This document shows positions 59,193-64,000 of a stretch of DNA of 64,000 nt, in pieces. The notes under the pieces were generated by a model, which saw nothing but the letters and a program-made list of their open reading frames with translations, had not been told where the DNA came from and ran no database searches. The stretch lies in NCBI GenBank assembly GCA_963735275.1, contig CAVTKJ010000007.1, positions 122,083-186,082 of the forward strand. The letters are read 5' to 3'. The position numbers and the translations under genes are program-made. Each line of letters opens with the position of its first letter. Within the stretch, counting starts at the first letter, position 1. The stretch is from an uncultured Chloroflexia bacterium. Lineage in GTDB: Bacteria > Chloroflexota > Anaerolineae > Caldilineales > Caldilineaceae.

Positions 59193-60757
59193 GTGGCTGA
59201 TCGCTCCCCAGTGCTCGTCGCATCCAATATCTCCAAGGCGTTCGGCGGCATCAACGCCCTGGAGGATGTTCAGTTTCAAGCCGCAGCCGGCGAGGTGCAT
59301 GCGCTGCTGGGTGAAAATGGCGCGGGCAAATCCACGCTCATCAAGATCTTCACGGGCGTGCACCGGCCCGACAGCGGCGAACTCCGGCTCAATGGGCAGA
59401 TCGTTCACTTCCCCGGCCCGCGCGACGCGCGCGACGCGGGTATCGCCGCCATCTACCAGGAGCCGAGCCTCTTTCCCGAGCTGGACATCGCCGAGAACAT
59501 CTTTGTCGGGCGGCAACCCACACGCGTGGGCAGCGTGGCCTGGAAGCAAATGACCTCCGACGCCGAGGCGCTTCTGCACACGCTGGGCGTAAAACTCAAC
59601 CCGCGCACCAAGGCCAACCGGCTCAGCGTTGCGCAGCAGCAAATGGTGGAAATTGCGCGTGCACTCTCCATCAACGCCAAGATCCTGATCATGGATGAGC
59701 CGACCTCCTCGCTCACGCTTGCCGAGGTGGCCGACCTCTTCGAGATTGTGCGGCGGCTGCGCGAACAGGGCACCGCCATCATCTTCATCTCCCACCGCCT
59801 CGAAGAACTCTTCCAGATTGCGGACCGCGTCACCATTCTGCGCGATGGGCGCTACGTGGACACGCGCCCTATGGAAGGCGTAACCACCGACATGCTCGTC
59901 CAGATGATGGTAGGCCGCCAACTGACGGACCTCTTCCCCAAGTTCGACGTTGAGCCGGGCAAGCTGTTGCTCGAAGTTGAAGGATTGGCATGCGACAGCA
60001 AGTTCCGCAACATTTCCTTGGTGGTGCGCGCAGGCGAGATTGTGGGCATGGCCGGCCTTGTGGGCGCGGGGCGCACCGAAGTCGCTTGCTCGCTCTTTGG
60101 CGTCTTCCCGGCAACCGCAGGCACGATCCGCATTGACGGCAAAATGGTAAAGATCACAAGCCCGCAGCAGGCAATGGCATTGGGACTTGCCTACGTTCCC
60201 GAGGATCGCCAGCACCAGGGGCTCGTCCTGCCCATGAGCATCGCCGAAAACGTAACGCTGCCCATCCTCAACCGCATGCGCAGAGGCCCCTTCTTTGACA
60301 GTCAGCGCGGAAGGCGCCGTTGCTGAAACTGCTTCGGATCGAATGGAAGTGAAGCGCTCCTCGATCTGGCAGAAGGCGCGCGAGCTTTCGGGGGGCAATC
60401 AGCAGAAGGTTGTGCTTGCCAAGTGGCTGGAGACGAACCCGCGCATCCTGATCCTCGATGAACCGACGCGTGGCATCGATGTGGGCACAAAGGCCGCCGT
60501 TCACGCGCTCATGAGCAAACTTGCCGGCGAAGGCATGGCCATCCTCATGATCTCCTCCGAATTGCCCGAGGTGCTCGGCATGAGCGACCGCATCATCGTC
60601 ATGCGCGAGGGGCGCATCACTGCCGAATTTCAGCCGCGCCGAGGCGACGCAGGAGAAGGTGATGCTGGCCGCCACCACAGGCGAGCCGCTTTCGAACAAA
60701 GAGAATGCGCCGGCAGCCGCCGCACAACCCCAGGCCACTCTACAGGGAGAAAACTAA
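59193..60757 (+). CDS. Sugar ABC transporter ATP-binding protein (two ABC cassettes, RbsA/RhaT-type); frame broken near 60298 and 60631
   Basis: GTG 59193 lies 7 nt after AAGGAG. Cassette 1 has [24 protein letters not shown] and ILIMDEPTS. Cassette 2 has GLVGAGRTE (ORF 59049..60326), then [15 protein letters not shown] and [12 protein letters not shown] (ORF 60295..). The tail [18 protein letters not shown]... is in the third frame, to TAA 60755-60757. Confidence 0.85.
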
Positions 60758-60762
60758 GCCCC

Positions 60763-61776
60763 ATGTCCGCAAATGCGTCTGCTGCCCCCACTGCGCCACC
60801 CCGCCGCAACTGGCTGTTGCTGCTGGGTCGCCATCGCGAACTGGGCATCCTCTTCTTCATCATTATCCTCGTGGCTGTCGTTAGCTTGCGCAGCCCCTAT
60901 TTCCTCAGCATCTCGAACTTCCGCGACATTCTGCTCAACATCTCAATTCTGCTGATTGTGGCGCTGGCGCAGACGATGGTCATCATCACCCGCGGGATTG
61001 ACCTATCGGTCAGCTCAAGCATTGCACTCGTGGCGATGATGGTCGGTGCGACGATTGTGCTCTTTCCCACGCTGCCGATACCGCTGGTGCTGCTGCTGGG
61101 GATGGCGATTGGCGCGGTGCTGGGCATCTTCAACGGCCTGATCATCGCGGTGGGCAATGTGCCGCCGATCATTGCCACCCTGGGCACGCTGAGCGTCTAT
61201 CGCGGGCTTGTCTTCTACTTTAGCCAGGGCAACTACATCAACTCGTTCGAGATGCCGGTCGCCTTCAAACAGCTCGCCAAGGGGACGCCGCTGTGGGTTC
61301 CCAACCTGATCTTGATTGCGATCGGGGTGGCAATTCTTGTTTACTTCTTCCTGAACTACACACGCGCCGGGCGCGACATTTATGCCGTCGGCGGCAACCC
61401 CGAGGCGGCGCAGGTGGCGGGCGTGCGCGTGCAGCGGGTCATTTTCATGGTCTATGTGATTTCGGGGCTGGCCTGCGGGCTGGCAGGCGTTCTCTGGGCG
61501 TCGCGCGTCGAATCCGCCCAGACAAACACGGCGCTGGGCTTCGAGTTGCAGACGGTGGCGGCCTCGGTGGTGGGCGGCGTCAACATCGCCGGCGGCACGG
61601 GGACGGTGCCGGGGGTGGCGCTGGGTGCGCTGCTGCTCGGGATTATCAACAGCGCGCTGACGCAGGTGCGCATCTCTCCCTTCTGGCAGCTTGCCACGCA
61701 GGGCCTGCTCATCCTGCTCGCGGTAATTGTGGACCTGGCAATCCGCAACCGCGCGGCCCGGGCGACGGACGAGTAG
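60763..61776 (+). CDS. Sugar ABC transporter permease (RbsC/RhaP-type)
   Basis: ATG 60763 lies within ORF 60295..61776. [47 protein letters not shown]. Confidence 0.9.
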   Translation: MSANASAAPTAPPRRNWLLLLGRHRELGILFFIIILVAVVSLRSPYFLSISNFRDILLNISILLIVALAQTMVIITRGIDLSVSSSIALVAMMVGATIVLFPTLPIPLVLLLGMAIGAVLGIFNGLIIAVGNVPPIIATLGTLSVYRGLVFYFSQGNYINSFEMPVAFKQLAKGTPLWVPNLILIAIGVAILVYFFLNYTRAGRDIYAVGGNPEAAQVAGVRVQRVIFMVYVISGLACGLAGVLWASRVESAQTNTALGFELQTVAASVVGGVNIAGGTGTVPGVALGALLLGIINSALTQVRISPFWQLATQGLLILLAVIVDLAIRNRAARATDE

Positions 61777-61785
61777 GAGCCAATC

Positions 61786-62991
61786 ATGAGCGACTTCGTG
61801 CTTTCCGCAGCCCACCCACTGCTTCTGGCCTTCACCGCGATTGGCGGGTTCCTGCAGGAATGGGGATTGCCGCTGACCGCTCTGCTGATCATGGGCGCCG
61901 TGACGACTGCCGTCCGCCCGACGGCGCGACGCAGCGGCGCGAGCATCTTCCTGCGCTGGGAGTGGATGCTCGTCCTGCTGATCATCCTGCTGGCGATCGT
62001 CAACTCGATGCTCTCGCCCTACTTCCTCAAGTGGGACAACCTCATGCGCGCCTCGCGCGACTCTGTCGAGGTTGGCATCATGATGCTCACAATGGTCTTT
62101 GTGATCATCACGGCCGGTATCGACCTGTCCGTGGCGTCGATGCTCGCGCTGACAGCCTCCTTCATGGGCTGGCTCTTCAACATGGGCTGGAACATCTGGA
62201 TCGCGGCCGGGTTGGCGCTCCTGCTGGGGGCAGCGGCGGGCGCGTTCAACGGATTCCTCATCAGCCGCGTCAAATTGCCGCCGCTGGTCGTCACGCTGGG
62301 CACCTTTGCCTTCTACCGCGGCATGGCCTATGTGCTGCTGGGCGATGAGGCGGCGCGAGGTTATCCCAGTGCCTTCACCTTCATTGGCCAGGGGCGCGTC
62401 TTTGGTGACTGGAAGGTGCCCTTTGGACTGCTGCTCTTCGCCGTGCTGGCGGTCATCTTTGGTCTTCTGCTTCACCGCACACCCTTCGGGCGCATGACCT
62501 ACGCAATCGGCAACAATGAAACGGCCGCGCGCTACTCGGGCGTTCCTGTGGCGCGCATCAAGATGACCATCTACACGCTTTCGGGCGTGATGGCTGCGCT
62601 GGCAGGCATTGTGCTTGCCGCACGCTTTGGCAGCACCCGCCCCGACATTGGCCTGGGGCTGGAGCTTGATGTCATCACCGCAACCGTGCTGGGCGGCGTT
62701 AGCATCAACGGCGGCAGTGGAACAATGGTCGGAGCGGTGCTTTCGCTTATACTGATATGGCAATTGCGCTTCGGCATGGGTCTTGTCAATGTGCCGGGTC
62801 AGGTGCAGGGCGTCGTCGTCGGCATGCTGCTGATCCTTTCCATTCTGACGCCGAACCTTGTGCGCCAGATCAGCAAGAGCCGCTCGATCAGCGGGAAAAC
62901 CCTCCTGGCAATCGTCGCTGCGATTCTCCTGTTCGGCATCGCAGTTTGGTTCTTCTTCTGGCTGCGGTCAACGTTTTTGGCATCGCTGTAG
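61786..62991 (+). CDS. Sugar ABC transporter permease (RbsC/RhaQ-type)
   Basis: ORF 61786..62991. VFVIITAGIDLSVASM, GNNETAARYSGVPV, VLGGVSINGGSGTMVG. The true start may be the internal ATG 61891. There is an extra C-terminal TM helix. Confidence 0.85.
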   Translation: MSDFVLSAAHPLLLAFTAIGGFLQEWGLPLTALLIMGAVTTAVRPTARRSGASIFLRWEWMLVLLIILLAIVNSMLSPYFLKWDNLMRASRDSVEVGIMMLTMVFVIITAGIDLSVASMLALTASFMGWLFNMGWNIWIAAGLALLLGAAAGAFNGFLISRVKLPPLVVTLGTFAFYRGMAYVLLGDEAARGYPSAFTFIGQGRVFGDWKVPFGLLLFAVLAVIFGLLLHRTPFGRMTYAIGNNETAARYSGVPVARIKMTIYTLSGVMAALAGIVLAARFGSTRPDIGLGLELDVITATVLGGVSINGGSGTMVGAVLSLILIWQLRFGMGLVNVPGQVQGVVVGMLLILSILTPNLVRQISKSRSISGKTLLAIVAAILLFGIAVWFFFWLRSTFLASL

Positions 62992-63114
62992 ACGCCGTTC
63001 AGGGTGCAGAAATCGCACCGATCATTTCCCAGTCAACTTCGGCATGCGAGTGCCGGTTGAGTTATGCAAGTTTCGGAGCTTTCCAAGGTGGTTGATACCA
63101 AAAGGAGCAACGCT

Positions 63115-64000
63115 ATGGTTCGCAAGTTGTTGGTCGTTTCACTGGTGCTGGGTTTGATGCTTGCCGGTTGTGTAGCGCCGGTGGCCCCGGCCGCAGCGCC
63201 TGCTGCAGAGGCGCCCCGGCCGCCGAAGCCGCAGCCCCCGCTGCCGGTGATGTCACGTACGTGCTCGTCCCCAAGAACATGGGCAACCCCTACTTTGACG
63301 CCGGCAACAAGGGCGCCCAGGAAGCCGCCGCCGAACTCGGCGTTACGGTCAACTACCAGGGTTCCTCCACGGCAGACGCCACCGAGCAGATCCAGTTGCT
63401 CAACTCGCTGATCGCCCAGGGCGTCAACGGCCTCGCCATCTCGGCCAATGACTCCGACGCACTTGTTCCCACGGGCGCAGAAGCAATGGACGCCGGCATC
63501 CCCGTCGTCACCTGGGACTCCGCGATTGCCGAAGGCGGCCGCAATGTCCACGTCAACCAGGCTGATGCCGCAGGCATCGGTCGCTCGCTCGTCGAGATGG
63601 CCAGCTCGATGGCCGGCGGCGAAGGCGAAATCGCGATTCTGAGCGCGACTTCCACCGCCCCGAACCAGAACGAGTGGATCGGCTTCATGACCGAAGAACT
63701 CGCCAAGGATGAGTTCTCCGGCCTGAAGCTCGTTGCCACCGTTTATGGCGACGACGATGACGAGAAGTCCTACACCGAGGCGCAGGGCCTCATGCAGACC
63801 TACCCTGACCTCAAGGTCATCGTCAGCCCGACCAGCGTCGGCATTGCCGCCGCCGGCCGCGCCGTCACTGACGCCGACAAGGTTGGCCAGGTGCTCGTGA
63901 CAGGCCTCGGCACACCGAACCAGCTGCGCGAGTATGTGAAGAGCGGCGCGATTCCCCAGTTCGCACTGTGGAGCCCGGTTGACCTTGGCTACCTGGCGAT
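63115..64000 (+). CDS. Periplasmic-type sugar-binding lipoprotein (rhamnose / autoinducer-2 LsrB-like); frame broken once near 63214; runs off the window
   Basis: ATG 63115 follows AAAGGAGC. Lipoprotein signal MVRKLLVVSLVLGLMLAGC and an Ala/Pro linker. My translation in the frame of base 63240 then stays open to 64000: GDVTYVLVPKNMGNPYFDAGNKGAQEAAAELGVTVNYQG...ISANDSDAL...VVTWDSA...EIAILSATSTAPNQNEWI. That frame is not in the ORF track because it has no stop. Confidence 0.85.

Noticed and set aside
58974-60398. 474-aa minus ORF, and the similar 42441..43637, 57284..58243, 32497..33843, 40803..41666 and 47874..48908 minus ORFs
   Set aside because: Each is antisense to a motif-bearing gene (ABC ATPase, ferritin-like, Fumble-like kinase, beta-mannosidase, S10 peptidase, rpoD). 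None has recognisable domains.
61015-62763. 582-aa minus-strand ORF, the longest unassigned ORF in the track
   Set aside because: It lies entirely antisense to the two ABC permease genes. Its extreme Arg/His/Gln/Asp composition is typical of the complement of hydrophobic GC-rich coding sequence.

Overview
GC-rich bacterial chromosomal window with about 50 protein genes. Spot counts give about 65-69% G+C in core genes; I did not compute a global figure. I recognised no rRNA, tRNA or CRISPR array.

Gene content in order:
- A secreted clostripain-like protease that runs off the 5' edge.
- A Gfo/Idh/MocA oxidoreductase and three aldo/keto reductases, flanking a monocistronic secreted decaheme c-type cytochrome and a Cys-rich PAS-LuxR regulator.
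- A fused trehalose-6-P synthase/phosphatase and a CPBP protease.
- A hybrid histidine kinase with an unusual HTH / pseudo-HATPase / REC partner.
- An LplABC-type sugar ABC importer with two tandem GH29 alpha-L-fucosidases and a decayed ISAs1 transposase.
- A thiolase.
- A cluster of cellobiose-2-epimerase, GH130 mannosylglucose phosphorylase and GH2 beta-mannosidase.
- YitT, a saccharopine-dehydrogenase-like protein, a DHDPS-like protein, GalE, an S10 carboxypeptidase, a two-domain ferritin-like protein, DUF385, a nucleoside hydrolase, an SDR and a methyltransferase.
- RpoD, a low-GC type II restriction-modification islet, then Fbp.
- A TPR-SLT transglycosylase, GatB, a Fumble-like kinase and a MntA/HepT toxin-antitoxin pair.
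- A rhamnose/ribose-type ABC importer that runs off the 3' edge.

The gene repertoire and repeat style suggest a Chloroflexota-like organism, but that is only a guess.

Two global features dominate:
1. Intergenic regions are packed with at least six families of palindromic or tandem repeats. One family shows compensatory stem changes.
2. There are 18 frame disruptions in 13 otherwise intact genes. Sixteen are of the same one-extra-base type, which looks like assembly indel error rather than decay.

I did not find a clear-cut novel multi-gene system. The best follow-up candidates are the orphan decaheme cytochrome, the structured two-hairpin repeat and the R-M islet.
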